Counted from the whole stretch's first letter, positions 13,773 to 26,885 are shown. The stretch: 60,072 nucleotides of DNA, filler included, from Catajapyx aquilonaris (GCA_000934665.2; 4 parts of 4 records of this genome joined end to end with filler, not necessarily neighbours in it); one strand, 5' to 3'. Notes: generated from the letters alone by a model not told the origin. Program-made: numbers and translations.

Positions 13773-14444
13773 ACAATGGGGAACTAGCCTTCATTTTGGA
13801 AACTACATAATAAATTCGCCCATATTTTTTGGATTTTTTTGGCATATTCCGTTTTAAGATATCAGTTCCCGTTCCGGAGTAATTGGGGTTTTTATGTAGG
13901 GAAATGGTGACGTCACTGTTTCCCTAGAAAATGTTGACGTCACGCGAAGTGAAATGAACGCAAAAATGGTGTTATAGAACGCGCCCCGTCATTGTTGTAA
14001 AACGCTTCGCTCGTGTTAGCAACCGTCCTATTCCGTGAGAAAGATAGTGGCCGGGGCGCGTATTTATTCCAGGCCGCTTCAGTCGCTTCTGTGCTGACAG
14101 TGGTGCCAACTGGTAGGAATTATCTGTCACCCGAATTCGGCACATGAAGGCCCCCTTTCTCCACCTCGATGGCCTACAGCTTCCTTGCGAATGCTTTCCG
14201 TCGCGTCCGCGGTTAATTCAAAGTCAAATTCCTCATATCTCGCAGTCAACCAGGCATTTCGGTGTACCCTTTCGATTGGCCTCCGCGTTTTTCCCGCCAA
14301 TTTTGAAGGCACTTTTAAATGTGCCGTAATTTATCCAGTAATGTCATTTTGATGCAACAGAGTGATGGAATGTATGTTTACGGGCATGGGCTAGCTAGTT
14401 ATGAACAAAAATCCCAAATCCCAGACCAAGGCTAGTTCCCCATT
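13773..14444. mobile_element. DNA-transposon remnant with a CACAATGGGG terminus (possibly Transib-like); another copy opens piece 2
   Basis: aatggggaactagcctt at ~13776 is inverted at ~14428-14444; ~95 bp of 13776-13870 recur as the reverse complement at 15053-15147. Confidence 0.5.
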
Positions 14445-14952
14445 CACACCACCACACACTTTGTACGTATATGAAGACATGTACGATGTACCCTTCAACC
14501 GTTGCATGTAGCCATGTATACCACAACATAACACATACTGACATTGCATGGAAAGCCACGGTCACGTGACAAGAGCAAATCTGTCCGGACGGCTCCCCCC
14601 TGAACGCACCTGCGGGACGGCAATGTAGGTCAGGGTGGAGGCCTATTCGTCTCGCAACGAATGCCTCCGTGCTCCGTCCCAAGTTTATTTTTGTTTTTGG
14701 ATTATTATTATTTTGGCGGGATGGTATAAGGTAATATACACACCCCTTGTAAGGCTCCGTTTCAGATCAGATTGGCAAGAAAGTTGGTTTGGTTGGTTGG
14801 TTGGTTTTTAGGGAAATGCCTGGCTTGTATGGCTCTTTCGTATTGAGCCTTGGCGGCCAGGGGCCAGGAGTGTTATTGACCCTCCTTAGCCGGTGGGGCT
14901 GGGTAGGATGAGGATGATGTGGGTTGGAAGGGGTTGGACGGGGACGGGTGAT

Positions 14953-15052
14953 NNNNNNNNNNNNNNNNNNNNNNNNNNNNNNNNNNNNNNNNNNNNTTAA
15001 TTAATTAANNNNNNNNNNNNNNNNNNNNNNNNNNNNNNNNNNNNNNNNNNNN
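14953..15052. other. Artificial 100-nt contig spacer (N44-TTAATTAATTAA-N44)
   Basis: The same spacer occurs three times; TTAATTAATTAA gives stops in all six frames. Confidence 0.95.
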
Positions 15053-16004
15053 GGGAACTGATATCTTAAAACGGAATATGCCAAAAAAATCCAAAAAATA
15101 TGGGCGAATTTATTATGTAGTTTCCAAAATGAAGGCTAGTTCCCCATTTAAGCACTGTATCAGGGAAATATTAGGAAATCCTAGAACCCATCTCATTTAT
15201 TTCCATTATAATTTTGTCTCGTTTTACCCCTTTTCATTTTACGCCGCGTTTTGCGGGAAGCCGGGAACCAATTACCGGCGTAAAACAGGTACTGCCTACA
15301 TCCTTATGGGGAGCCTTGCCCCTTGGGAGCCCGTTCGTAAGTAGGCCTACAGATCGCAGTAAATCATACTTCAATAAGTAAGTAGGCCATTATCAAAACC
15401 AGGCGACCTATTTCAGAACACCAGGAAACGCGAATGTCTGATTTTGCACTTTTTATTTACGACCTGGCAGGGAAAAATTATTACCATGTTCATTGTATGC
15501 TTTGCCATGTCTCCTATCACATATCCAGAGCACGGAAATCATGATCCATAAACAAAATCACAATGATCAATTGAAAATTAATGATACCCTGCTGGTTGTG
15601 GTGGTTAGAAAGATTTCCTATACGGGAAGTACCCGTTTTCCGCTGTTTCACATTAACCCCGGTTTTAGCGTTCAATTTGAAAATTTTGTATTGGAATTTT
15701 GTGAAATATTTGATGATAACACAATCAGGGACACAATCTAAACATGAACGCATCACTTCAACACTTCTGAGAACAAACACACGAACGCATACCTGCTCTC
15801 TTTTTGTTGTTCCTGGTGCTTTGTGGCAGGTTGTTCTATCGATATGTACTGTACAGTACTGTATTGTTCGGTATTGTTAATCTCGGCACTCCCCGAAGTA
15901 CTCCAACCGTTAATTGTTACAATACCCTACGTGTACTGCAATTATTATTCTTGCCAACCTGCCCGTTGTTATATTGTTTTCATTGTTGAATATGCAATGT
16001 TGAT

Positions 16005-16303
16005 CACCGAAGCTATGGTGTCGGAGGGGATATGGTATTCGACTGCTAATCGGGAGGTCCTGGGTTCGAATCCCGGTGCCGGCAACTCTAACCGTGGTTT
16101 TCTGTGGTTTCCCACGGTTCCTCCAGGAGAATTCCGGAGTTGTTTCCTAAACTAATAGGCCACAGCCGCCTCATTCCTTTCCTATCCTATCCCAAAAAGC
16201 GCAGTAAAAACGAAACGATGAGTTCCAGTCAAAACAAAACAAAACAAAAATATCCCCCCTAAAGAGCCGCCGGCTGATAACGGGGTATGAATGATTAATA
16301 TTT
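16005..16303 (+). mobile_element. tRNA-derived SINE (head A, tail X)
   Basis: B-box ggttcgaatcc; 16-bp TSD aatatgcaatgttgat at 15989-16004 and 16304-16319. Confidence 0.88.
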
Positions 16304-16657
16304 AATATGCAATGTTGATTATTCTAGAACATGAGTGAGAGAGGCAGATCCTTCCTTTGGGCTTGTTGACAGCGAGGGTTGCTAGGCCATTGCTTAATCT
16401 GCTGAAAACCGCCCTTAGACTCAAAAAAGTGCGGTTTTGGGACTTTTCCCGGGGTCACCGATATGTAAGACATGGCTGTGAGAAATTTGAGCGCTCTCCG
16501 TACCCGGGAAGTGGCTTAATGAGGCGTGATAAATAAATATAAATATATGTACAAATATTCAGTTTTATAGCCTATAATAAGGATGTAGGTGATTGTCGTG
16601 TGGTTGCGCCAGCTGCGATCGCATCTTCCTTCGCCTGGACATAAATGTATGTATGTA

Positions 16658-18033
16658 CAGGGTGGCCCGAAAGTTTCTGACCCCTTCTAGCTGGGATGAT
16701 ATTGGCAAGAAATATTTTTATTCCGAATATATTGCTGATATGTTTAGCTGCTAAGGTATTATTCTTCAAGACTGGCACCCCTGCTCTCTTACCAGAGAGA
16801 AATCAATTCAGAAATGATGTTTTTTGACGGCAAGGCAGCTGTGTGAAGTAAGCACTCGGATTTTGGACATTGTTGGTCCTTGATCGTAAACACGCAAGTC
16901 ACAATTTTGGTACCAGTGGGAGTTTGCTAATTTAAGTGACTGTTCTGTGATCTGTCAACATCACTGATTCTGCCTGTAAAAGTTCATTTCAATGTGTCTT
17001 GACTGGTGGTGGATTTCATGGTCATTTGAATGCTCAAAAGTTTCTCACCGGGGCGGGGGTCAGAAACTTTTGAGCCTCCAGTCAGAATGGAAGTGGCTTG
17101 CTGAATGTATTGCTTTCTCATGCATTGCAGGAAGCCTTAGGCCTACTGTGTACTGTTAACAATGGTATCCCCAAGGGAACACTTGCGATCAAAAATCCAG
17201 GCCCTTCATCATGCTGGAAAGTCTATTGCATACATATGCAAGAAGTTTACGTCAGCAGTAACACAGTACGCAAGTGGATTAGGGCTGACGATGGACAGGT
17301 TTGTGATGCCAAAAGGTCTGGCCGCCCTAAAAAAGCTACACCAGACACTAAGAAGCTGTATGCAGCATGTTGAAAGATAAAATTGGAATTGGGTGCCGTA
17401 AAGCTGTGTAGAGGCTGAACTTTTGTTAAGAGTATCGCAAGAAGAACAAAAAGCATTAGTCGTTCCACTGTCCAGCGGTATCTGAAAACCACTACCTGGG
17501 GTAATCACGCCTATGTGCAACCTGTGAAACCTCTGCTGACACCAAAAAACATCGCTGATAGAGTGGCATATTGCAGTGGCGTAGGCAGGAAATTTTTTCG
17601 GGGGGGGCCCATGGCCGATCGGTCCGNCCTACGCCACTGCATATTGCACTGCGAGAATTGAAAAAGGCTATGCAGATGACTCCCCAGTTTGGTCAATTAT
17701 GAGGACGGATTGGCCTGGGAATTCGCCTCACTTGAATCCCATTGAACACCTTCGGAACCGGCTGCAACATAGTGTTTTGAAAAACCTGTGTCCGCAGAAC
17801 ATAGAGCAGCTAGTGGAACGAACAAAGTCTGAATGGAATGCCACAAATCTTGAGGAAACATTCAACTATATTTAGAGTTTCAAAACAAGGATAAAATTAT
17901 GTTTGCAAAGTAAGGGAAATCGAACTTCTTACTGAGCAGAATGTGCAGAACAATGTCCAATACAATAAAAATTCATATCATTCTTATTTTTAAAATTATT
18001 AACGATATCGTGGGTCAGAAACTTTCGGGCCAG
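16658..18033 (+). mobile_element. Decayed Tc1-family transposon with a frameshifted, internally deleted transposase
   Basis: TA|cagggtggcccgaaagtttctgaccc and inverted gggtcagaaactttcgggcca at 18012-18032. N-terminal HTH fragments from 17162 (MVSPREHLRSKIQALHHAGKSIAYICK, SNTVRKWIR...KRSGRPKK). C-terminal WPGNSPHLNPIEHL...EWNA from ~17710, the Tc1 WPxxSPDLNPIE motif. Confidence 0.88.
17574..17639. mobile_element. Tiny MITE inserted in the Tc1 transposase
   Basis: TIR cagtggcgtagg / cctacgccactg; 7-bp TSD catattg at 17567-17573 and 17640-17646. Confidence 0.75.
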
Positions 18034-19986
18034 TATTATTATAACATTGTTAGCAAAAGATGCCGCAGACGAGTCTGTCTGTCCATGTCTGCAAGTACCG
18101 ACTTCTTGGGTTAGTGTGTATAACAATACATTTGAACCTTGAAATAATATTTTAAAATCAAAAATCAAAAATCTCAATCGGGAGATCCCGGGGCTGCCCG
18201 GGGTCGACCAACCTGACTGGGGGGACTCCCCGTGTGTTTCTCCCCGGTCAGTCATCGTCCCCTTTTTTTCATCCCCCCCGATCGTATTCCAGAATTTCCG
18301 TCAGCTCCCGGAACTTGTAATGTTGATCAGGTCTGATGTGATTGAAGTTGCTCTGGAGATTGATGAAATCATGGGACTTTTTGATAGGTAGTTCAACTTT
18401 TTAAACTCACGTGTCAGATATGCTAGACGGATGAAACACCGAAATGCTTTTGCCCAAAAAGATTACCAGCTTGAGGTTTTAAATGACATCAATTTCATTA
18501 GTCAGTAGCATGCGAGTAAACGGTAAGATATACCCCGTGCAAGTCTCAGAAGGAGCTACATGCTATGTTAAACCGCGATTTTGGATTTGAGTTCATTGCC
18601 ACCCCCTCTAATTGCCGCGTGTATGAGGGGAACATATTTCTCGCTATTATCGAGCTTTAATAATGTATTGGCAAATAATGGCAATTTATTTTATGCGTAA
18701 TAAAACCTTCGTGAGTTATACTTGTTACCCGATTTAATTTGCCGCCAGTTTGCGAATTTAGTAGTTAAAAGTCAGTGTATAATTCACAAATGTAGCAAAT
18801 ATACTTATTATGACGACCGCTGCTGTTCTTATTTTATTTGGCGCAGAATAAATTCACATTTACAAGACAAATATTTGGCAAAAATGAAGTACATATGTTG
18901 AAGTATAATTTACACTAAATAAAATATGGAAGGTGGTTGTTGCAGTCAGACGTTGGAATTCGGTCTGAATGATTAGAAAACTGATCCTACAAAAATAACC
19001 ACGTTTGACGTCTCAATACTAATTACCACGTTCACAAAATACTTTGTTGTGCATTGTAAGAAAACTCTGGTTATCTAGCTACTATTTGGTACTAGAATTT
19101 TCAAAATCCGTGATGGTCAGTTTTTGGACTTTTTAGTTGCTAGAATTGCCTTTTAACCCACTAACTGTGCGTCAGCGCCAAATTCCCAGCCTGGCGGAGA
19201 CACAGGCGTTAAACTACCCACTACCGTATCCATATAACTAGGGGGGAAGTGACATGGAGCTGCCTGGAAGGAAGGACGAAATGCACTGGGTTGTCACTTA
19301 TCTTAAATGACAAGTGTGGCGGCGGGAGTATTAAGCAAAAGCTGCTTTGAAAAAGCTGCTATGCTGTTTTGGCAGCACATCTGGAGGAGACTCAGGAGAG
19401 GCGGACCACATGTTGAGTGGATAATAATGGACAAGAAGGAGGCTGGAAAACAGGTGAGCAGGTCTTTTCGAGTTTTAAACTTGGGCTATACGTACCTGTC
19501 TACATTGGACATGCCCACAGAAAGTCTGCTTCGTATCTCCCGCAAGATGTCCACAACTGTCTGCAATATCCCATGTGTTTCTCAAAGTTTAAGACAAACT
19601 TGCAATATAGGATGAAACTCCTACTAGGTAGCCTGTGACATCATGTGCAGATGTCAATTGGTTTCCACAGCTTTGTTACTGATATAGTTAGTATAATCAG
19701 ATGTGGTTTATTTATACTCTGTCATATGCCGCAGACACAGCCTGTTAAACTTCCAGTGCCTTATTGCCGACTGGCTGCTACATATGTAATGATTGAATTG
19801 CAGGTAAATTAAAATTACATGGTGACATCTGTATTTTAAAATACCAAGGAACAGTTAAGTGAGTCAGATCTTGCTCATGACAACTTTCCGATCTGTTTCG
19901 CATCAAGATTATGTAGACTCTATTGCATTGGTCTTCTGCAAGCACCTAGTGTTCTGCATGTCTGTTGGAAGGCTTTTGTGGTAATG

Positions 19987-20058
19987 GGTGATTTATTAGT
20001 TTAGTGGAGCAAAGTACCATAATTATGGTACTTTGCTCCACTAAACTAATAAATCACC
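19987..20058. repeat. Perfect 72-bp palindrome with no spacer
   Basis: ggtgatttattagtttagtggagcaaagtaccataa followed directly by its exact reverse complement. Confidence 0.9.
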
Positions 20059-20520
20059 AGAGCTGCCAACCCTTCCGCATTGGGCGGGGGACTCCCGCAT
20101 TTACATGTTCTCCCCCGCCCCCCCTCACGCAGGGTTATTTCCCCCGCCGTAGAGATTATCGTTAAATTATTATATTTAGTACTAGTACTACCTCACTCAG
20201 CCCCATGTCACTTCCCCCCTAGTTGTATGGATACGGTAGTTTAATTTCTGTGTCTCTACCAGGCTGGGAATTTGGCGCTGGCCGCGCTGCATCGTTCGCT
20301 ATCCGCCATCTTTTTCAAGGTGTACTCAAGTGGTAAGTCTGCGGAAGAAAGATCCCGCCAATCGCGACAGACTACCCGCTACCTACCACAGGAGTTGCAC
20401 CTTGAACAAGATAGCGTCTTAGCGAACGATGGGACGCAGAATCCCCCTCTCAGATGCCCAATCCCCCTCATTATGTCATTACCTCCCCCTCATTTTTTGG
20501 GGGTAGGGTTGGCAGCTCTG
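20058..20520. mobile_element. Non-autonomous DNA transposon with CAGAGCTGCCAACCCT TIRs and a 7-bp TSD (P-superfamily-like)
   Basis: cagagctgccaaccct / agggttggcagctctg; aaatcac at 20051-20057 and 20521-20527. Confidence 0.75.
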
Positions 20521-20571
20521 AAATCACCCAAGTAGTAACAGTGCACGTTAACCTGCAGTGTTACTACTTGA

Positions 20572-21309
20572 CCCTCAGAGCCTGGCAAGTTGAGATGTCA
20601 GTGGAGGGTAGATGTGCGAGAAAGCCAGCACTCCATGACTGTCCAATTTTTAGATCAACACCACATGCTTTCGTATGAAATGTAGTCATTGTAATTTTTT
20701 CTAACAACAGAGGGCAACATGTCTCTGACTCTGACCTGCCAAAATTGTGTCCCCCTACTTTCAAAACAAGGTTATTTTTTAAAACAACAGAAGGCAGCAT
20801 GTCTGTGATTTTGGCTTTGGAGCTTGGCCGCACGCCAAGCAGATGGTTGCCACCTCAGTAGGCAGACACTTCCCTCCCCCTACTTTCAAAGCAGTGCAGG
20901 TACACTGGTTGGATCAGGTTGGTTATGCCAAAATGTTTCAATCATGTTATATTAATTGATTGGATTTGTAAATTAAGTGTATAGACTATCACTCAGAGAA
21001 ATAGTGCTGAGTTTTCATGATTTTTAACTTGAGAAATATGGCTTTCAATATTGCTTTCCATCCATGCGTGACACAGAATTATATATTCAAAATGGTCGCC
21101 ATGGTCTCATGACCACCAAATTTGCGTAATTATTATTATTTCTACTGAAAACCCCACATCTAAGCTAAACATTGATGTATAACTTTCCTATATAATAATG
21201 TAACATTGTTTTTTGGTTCACAAGGTCTTGACTTAAAAGTTTTTAAACTTCCAAAAAGGCTTGCCGACTTTCTCGGTAGTACCTGCCATTTACTTGCGGG
21301 CTCTGAGGG
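20572..21309. mobile_element. piggyBac-like non-autonomous element
   Basis: ttga|ccctcagagcc ... ggctctgaggg|ttaa (CCC termini, TTAA-type target). Confidence 0.6.
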
Positions 21310-22469
21310 TTAAACAGTGGCACAGGCTTTTTAGGGGTTTTGTGACAATAAAATGATTAAACCATTGCTGTAAGATTAATAATTAAGCTCCTACCTTCTG
21401 GCTCCTGCCGCAAGGAATTTGCATGTATACAAAAACAGGAAATGAATATCTTTGTGATAAATGTGCTAACCTTGATGAAGAACTGAGAAGTTTTTTTAAA
21501 AATCCTCAATGTAGGTGACCAATGCAGTACAGGTTCTGTGACCTCCCACCTGATTGACCTTCACCCTGCAAAAGGTGCCTTTTTCTACACTCTTTAGGAC
21601 TTGTCAGCAGAGGGCCACTAAACCAAACGTGGAAGAATGGCCAAAATTATTATTTTGGGATCAGAAGTGTGTCAGCTGCAGACTTGAATTTTATCAAAAT
21701 TTTGGTGAAGGGAAAATTAATGAATTAAATGCAATTGTCATTAAAATTTAATTGTGACTATTTATACCACTCTACATCAGTCTTATGGTTCGTAATTGCA
21801 CTTATATACTAACTTGTATTCATGAAAATAGGCATCTGCAGTGTTACCAAGAGCAGGACAGAAAGAGTGTAGTAATGGATCTGGCTAGTGATAAAAATAT
21901 TTTTTGTAATGTCAAGGCTATGACCCCAAATACAAGCATTGTGTACTTTTATTTGAAAATGGACAAACAATAAGCCCACTTGAAAGAGCATTTGTGTGCA
22001 TTTTTTTTCATAAATTTTCGAGGGAAGAACCTAGGTTTTCCCAAATGTAACTTGACATTTATTATTTTTACAACTCCATCCGACTCCATCTCCTAAATAC
22101 GCCTAGTTGAGTAGCTATCTTGCTAGGGAGCCCTTTCTAAAAGAGGCTTCTGTTGAACGAAAATGATATCAAGATTTTCAGATAATTCTTTATCTTCATG
22201 ACAGCCCTACGCATCATCGTGCCAAATGAAACCATTTCTTACAACATCAAGCACGTATATCTTCCTTCACTGTTGCTAATGTTTTGATTGATGTTATGTT
22301 GTATGTGTTAGCTTGTTTGGAATTTCTTCAAAAAATGGGAAAATATGAACTTGTTAATACTATCTTTTAATTGCTAAAATTAAAGTATGCAGCTTCACGT
22401 AAGTTTGTGTTTGTAGAAGTGCAGCCTATTGATTTACGAACCTTTTTTTTTCAGACGGAAAGCAGGAAC

Positions 22470-23033
22470 ATGGAAAGTAAAACCAATTATCTGGCAGACC
22501 TTTCGGTTGGTGCACCTGGTGCAGATATATGCCAACTATGTGTGGATTTATTTCAAAATGCAACCAAGTATGCATTGGTAAGTAGCCTAGGAGCTAAATG
22601 ACTAACAGGAGAGAGAAAAAAAAAGTTTGACCAATTACTTGTAAAAATATAGGCAATATTGAAATGGATTTCCATTAGTTAGCTAGGCCTATCTACATAA
22701 ATTTACCCAGGGTAAATATTCAGTGAATTCTTCCAAACTGCAAGAAGGTAATTAATGTACAGGTAGTCCCTGGTCTAAAGGGCGACACGGTGGCGGAGTG
22801 GTTAGCGCCGCAGCCTTCCACCTCTAAGGTCCCGAGTTCGATCCCCGGATCGGACAGAGGATACTTATGTGGATAGAGTTTCGATGGGTTCTCTCCGTGT
22901 TCGCGTGGGTTTTCTCGGGGTTCTCCCGTTTCCTCCCACTATCAAAATCCATCATAGCAAAGGCAATGATTAAAGTCGGTTATTTAAAAAGATGATCCCC
23001 TAAAGAGCCCAAGGAGGCTTATCACGGGGTATC

Positions 23034-23107
<74 letters not shown>

Positions 23108-25434
23108 GTCCCTGGTCTATGAACTGGGTAACTTTCATGAAAATGTCCATAAGTCAGATTTGTGTAACTCGGATCCCTGAGGAACAGCGCATATATACAG
23201 CATAAAGCTGCTGCTCCAACAAACCACTTACATCATGTGTGTTTGTTTACATGACTGGAAGAACATAGTTTCCCAATTATTTATTATACAGTATTTATGT
23301 TGAACTTTGTGTTGGCCAATGTATGCAGAGGTGATTGAAAGTGGAAGGATAATTATAAATTATCCATATGGGGGGAGCCTTGGGAGCCCATTAGTAAGTA
23401 CAGTGTTGGACATTAATCACGTCATACTGCCAGTGACATTTCTGATGTGGCAGAAGTGCAAATCAAAGTGCTAGAGTGTGAGACGTGCGAGTAAGAAAAG
23501 ATAGGCCTTGAGTGAAGTCACCGGCTGGGGGGCAATGGAGAAAAGGCTTGTCCCCAGCCAGTGACGTCACCCAAGGGTCTTACTCACATGTCTGGCACTC
23601 TATCACTTCGATTTGCATGACTGCCGCATCGGAAAATGTCGCTAGCAGTACGACGCGATTAATGTCCAACACTGTACGGATCGCCATAAGTTGAGTATTT
23701 CGTAAACCAGGGACTACCTGTATACCTGAGAATGGCACCAAGAGAAACCATGGCCGGAAGGTGATGGTTCTGTAATGGTTGAGAAATAGTGACATGAATT
23801 CCTTGAATGAAATGCCAACATTTGTTATTACATTGCACAGAGGAGCAGTACTTTAAAAATCTGGCCTAATGTTTGCTAAGCAATTATTATGACCATGGTA
23901 CTTCATAAATTTTCCTAATAATTATTGTTAGTCAAAGAATTGATTTTAAAGGTCAATTAAGTATGAAAACGTCTGCATTTGTGCTGCATTATCTGGATAT
24001 GTGCAACTGAAATTTTTTCGGTACTTCTGGCAGGATGAAGTTGACAGCTCTAGGACCTTTGGATATGGACCATCTGCTGGAGACAAAACGTTTCTGGATG
24101 AATTGTCTCATTTTCTGAGCAAAGAATATGGTCAACAAGTGTGTAGGTGTGTCAAATTAAGCAATAGTTTTGTCAAGGTTCCATCCTCCATTTACAAAAA
24201 ATTAAGACCAAACCATATTACAAATAATTTTAACTTGTAATTTTTATGTACAGTGGGACAGTCATTTTACAATGGTCATTCTTTGAAAGATGATTGTATG
24301 GTTTGTAACATAATAGTTGTGATCATTGTAGTGATAATTTGTTCCTCACTTGTGGAGCTGCCCATGGTTTGCAACTTCTCATCATGGCATTGCTACCACC
24401 TATGAGTATTGTGTTTGTAGAGGATCCAACATACTTCTTGGCTTTTGATGTATTCAAGAATGACTTTCACATGCGCATAATTCCTGGTGAGTCACTAGCT
24501 GCCTCCTTATGAACCCTAACACAATTGTGTTATGTTGACAGTGCCAATGACACCAGTTGGGATGGATGTGGACATTCTGGAGAAGAGAGTCATGGAGATT
24601 GTGAAAGAGGGCATACCAAAGGTTACAGAAAGGAAGCCATTTTGGGGTATGGTGTATACAATTCCAGCATTTCATAACCCCACTGGAATTTCTATGAATG
24701 AAGGTGAGTTTGACACTTCAATTAGTACTTGTAGCAAAAGGAGTACTTATCAGCTTGTTATTTCCAGAAACTGCAAGGCGGCTAGTAGAGGTTGGAAGAA
24801 GTTATGGGCTATGCATTGTTTGTGATGATGTATACAACCTGTTATATTACAATGGGCTTCCACCACGTCGTCTTTTTTCTTATGATGACGCAAATTTTGG
24901 GAATGTTGTGTCAAATTGCACTTTTTCTAAATATTTGGCTCCTGGAACCAGGGTAGGGTGGATTGAAGCATCATCCCACATCACAAACTTGTTGAAACAT
25001 TGGTAAGAGGAATTATAATAATTGAAGACCTCGTGGGAAGAACAATCAAGGTCCACTTTGTGTCAAAAATGAGTTACATATCTCAGAAGATACTTTCACT
25101 AGTGTAGAATATGATGGTTTGGTCATGGTTGTGGAGTAATGACTATCCAAGGCCCCGAAAGTGGGAATTACAATGGAACCTTATGGGCCTTCGAAATTTA
25201 AAATTGGAATGTCTCAGTTTCGCCTGAGATGGACCTTGATTGTTCTTCCCCCAAGGTCTTCAATTACCATGAATTACTGTGAGTGTATATTAATTCATAT
25301 GTATTTGTCTTCTGAACAGTGGTGTGATTCACAGTGGTGGAGCTGTGAATGGATACATGTCCAGGATTATGTGGGGTATGATGGCATCAGGGCTTCAAAC
25401 ACAGCACCTAACATATGTTCGTCAACAAATGGCG
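22470..25434 (+). CDS. PLP-dependent class I/II aminotransferase (YER152C/2-aminoadipate transaminase-like), 3'-truncated
   Basis: Phase-consistent GT-AG exons: 22470-22577 (MESKTNYLADLSVGAPG...), 24034-24146 (FGYGPSAGDKTFLDELSHFLSKEYG), 24332-24486 (NLFLTCGAAHGLQL...VFVEDPTYF), 24542-24703 (VYTIPAFHNPTG), 24768-25002 (CDDVYNLLYY...NCTFSKYLAPGTRVGW, containing the PLP lysine), 25320-25434. No C-terminal exons found before the piece ends. Confidence 0.9.
22778..23105 (+). mobile_element. tRNA-derived SINE with a V-domain-like core, tail X and (ATT)n
   Basis: A/B boxes tggcggagtggttag / gagttcgatcc; core gttctctccgtgttcgcgtgggttttctcggggttctcccgtttcctcccac; (ATT)n ~23037-23105; 14-bp TSD tagtccctggtcta at 22764-22777 and 23106-23119. 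Confidence 0.85.
23401..23674. mobile_element. Palindromic TA-flanked MITE
   Basis: TA|cagtgttggacattaatc ... gattaatgtccaacactg|TA with ~95-bp imperfect arms. Confidence 0.8.
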
Positions 25435-26523
25435 GTGAGTAATGCACAGGTTCATGTTTTAGGCTTCTTTCTGATATCTGGGATGTTGAGAGCTGCATAT
25501 AGCTCTTTTTCCACTAAATGTCAATGATGTAGATAGAATTCAATCCATGCTTTCTCCTGTTGCACATATTTTTCAAAGAATTAGGGACTTCACCTCACCT
25601 GGATTTTGCAGGGAAAGCTATAAAAGTTCTTAACCTGGGAAAATATTTTTGGAAACGGACTCTTATTCTGGGAGCTCAACAAATTGCTACTTGTTCAGGA
25701 AATGAAGAATTCATGTAGAGGTGCAGATAAAAATAGATATCATAATAATGGAAATTAGTATGTGAGGGAAGACACCTATTCTAAGCAAAATATGAAAGTT
25801 CCCCAAAATTCTGAATGCTCCTTCATCTGGCATCTTGGCCATTGCTCTGTGCCACCTGCCTCGTTACTCTACTGCTGTCATCTCAAAAAATATAGTATCT
25901 GCACATAGCAATAAGGTCATTTTTCTAGACAACCCACCTGGAAGCTAGACCAGTGGTTCCCAACCTGTGGGTCACAACCATCTTGAGGGTTGCAAAGCCT
26001 TTTCCTGGGGGTCATCACGGTTATTTTTACTTGCAATAAAGTTTACAGGTAATTTTACCGAAGGTTTTTTAGCACTTATGTCTACACTACAACAATCTTC
26101 TACTAATAGACACTTCACAACTGAAGTCCAGATCTGACACATCTCCATTTGATGGCCTTGTTGCCATTTTCTGTAACACAATTTAATCTGTGGATTTTCT
26201 CATAAGTTTCCTTAGAACTATAAGGAATTCCATAATCCATAGTTCCATACCATGCCACGACATAAAACTAACAGCTTGGGAGATCAAATGTGACTTTTTA
26301 TGGGCTGCATAACTGCTAAACTATTGAATTGCAAGCCAATCGTCAAGCAGCCACCTCAATGCATTTTAATGGACAGCTTAACGATAGGGAAAAAAAGGAA
26401 GTAGTTATGTACAGTATTCATTTTAGAAAGGGACCATTCTGGAAAAATAGCAGATTAAAAACCCACAGATAACCCCAGTTGAAAAGGTTAGCACTGGGAA
26501 TTGAAATGATATTTTCTGGATGA

Positions 26524-26885
26524 GGGGAGGTGTGGTGGCTGAGATGGTAACATCTCGGCTTGCTGAGTGAAAGGTCACGGGTTCGTCCCCTCCCGGGAGC
26601 TCCCTTTCACCTACGTCAGGAGGGTCTGTGACCTATGCCATGGAGGTGTTTGGCCTTTGGCAACCTAACCTCCTGGGGGACTACACATGACCCAGTTTAT
26701 GACATTGCACTGCACCTGTGTCTCCTCCCCAAAAATCCCCATCCCTACCCCATGTACTGTCATCCTTGCACGGAGCTGAAGAAAATTAAGAAAATGAAAA
26801 TTATGGTGGTGTTCCACGCCCCTAATAGAGTGATGATCTCTCAATGGGTAAAATAAAATAAATGAAATAAAATAAATGAATAAAA
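26524..26885 (+). mobile_element. tRNA-derived SINE (head B, tail Y)
   Basis: gtggtggctgagatggt...gggttcg head and A-rich tail; homologous to 28870-29208. Confidence 0.75.

Larger units (their letters stand above)
22760..23720. mobile_element. Tc1/mariner (pogo/Tigger-like) non-autonomous element hosting two nested insertions
   Basis: TA|caggtagtccctggt ... accagggactacctg|TA. Confidence 0.72.

Noticed and set aside
13776..15147. Inverted ~95-bp copies on either side of the first N gap, suggesting one element spanning the gap
   Set aside because: The gap is a synthetic spacer and the protease gene does not continue after it. Contigs often end in repeats, so two separate copies are the simpler explanation.
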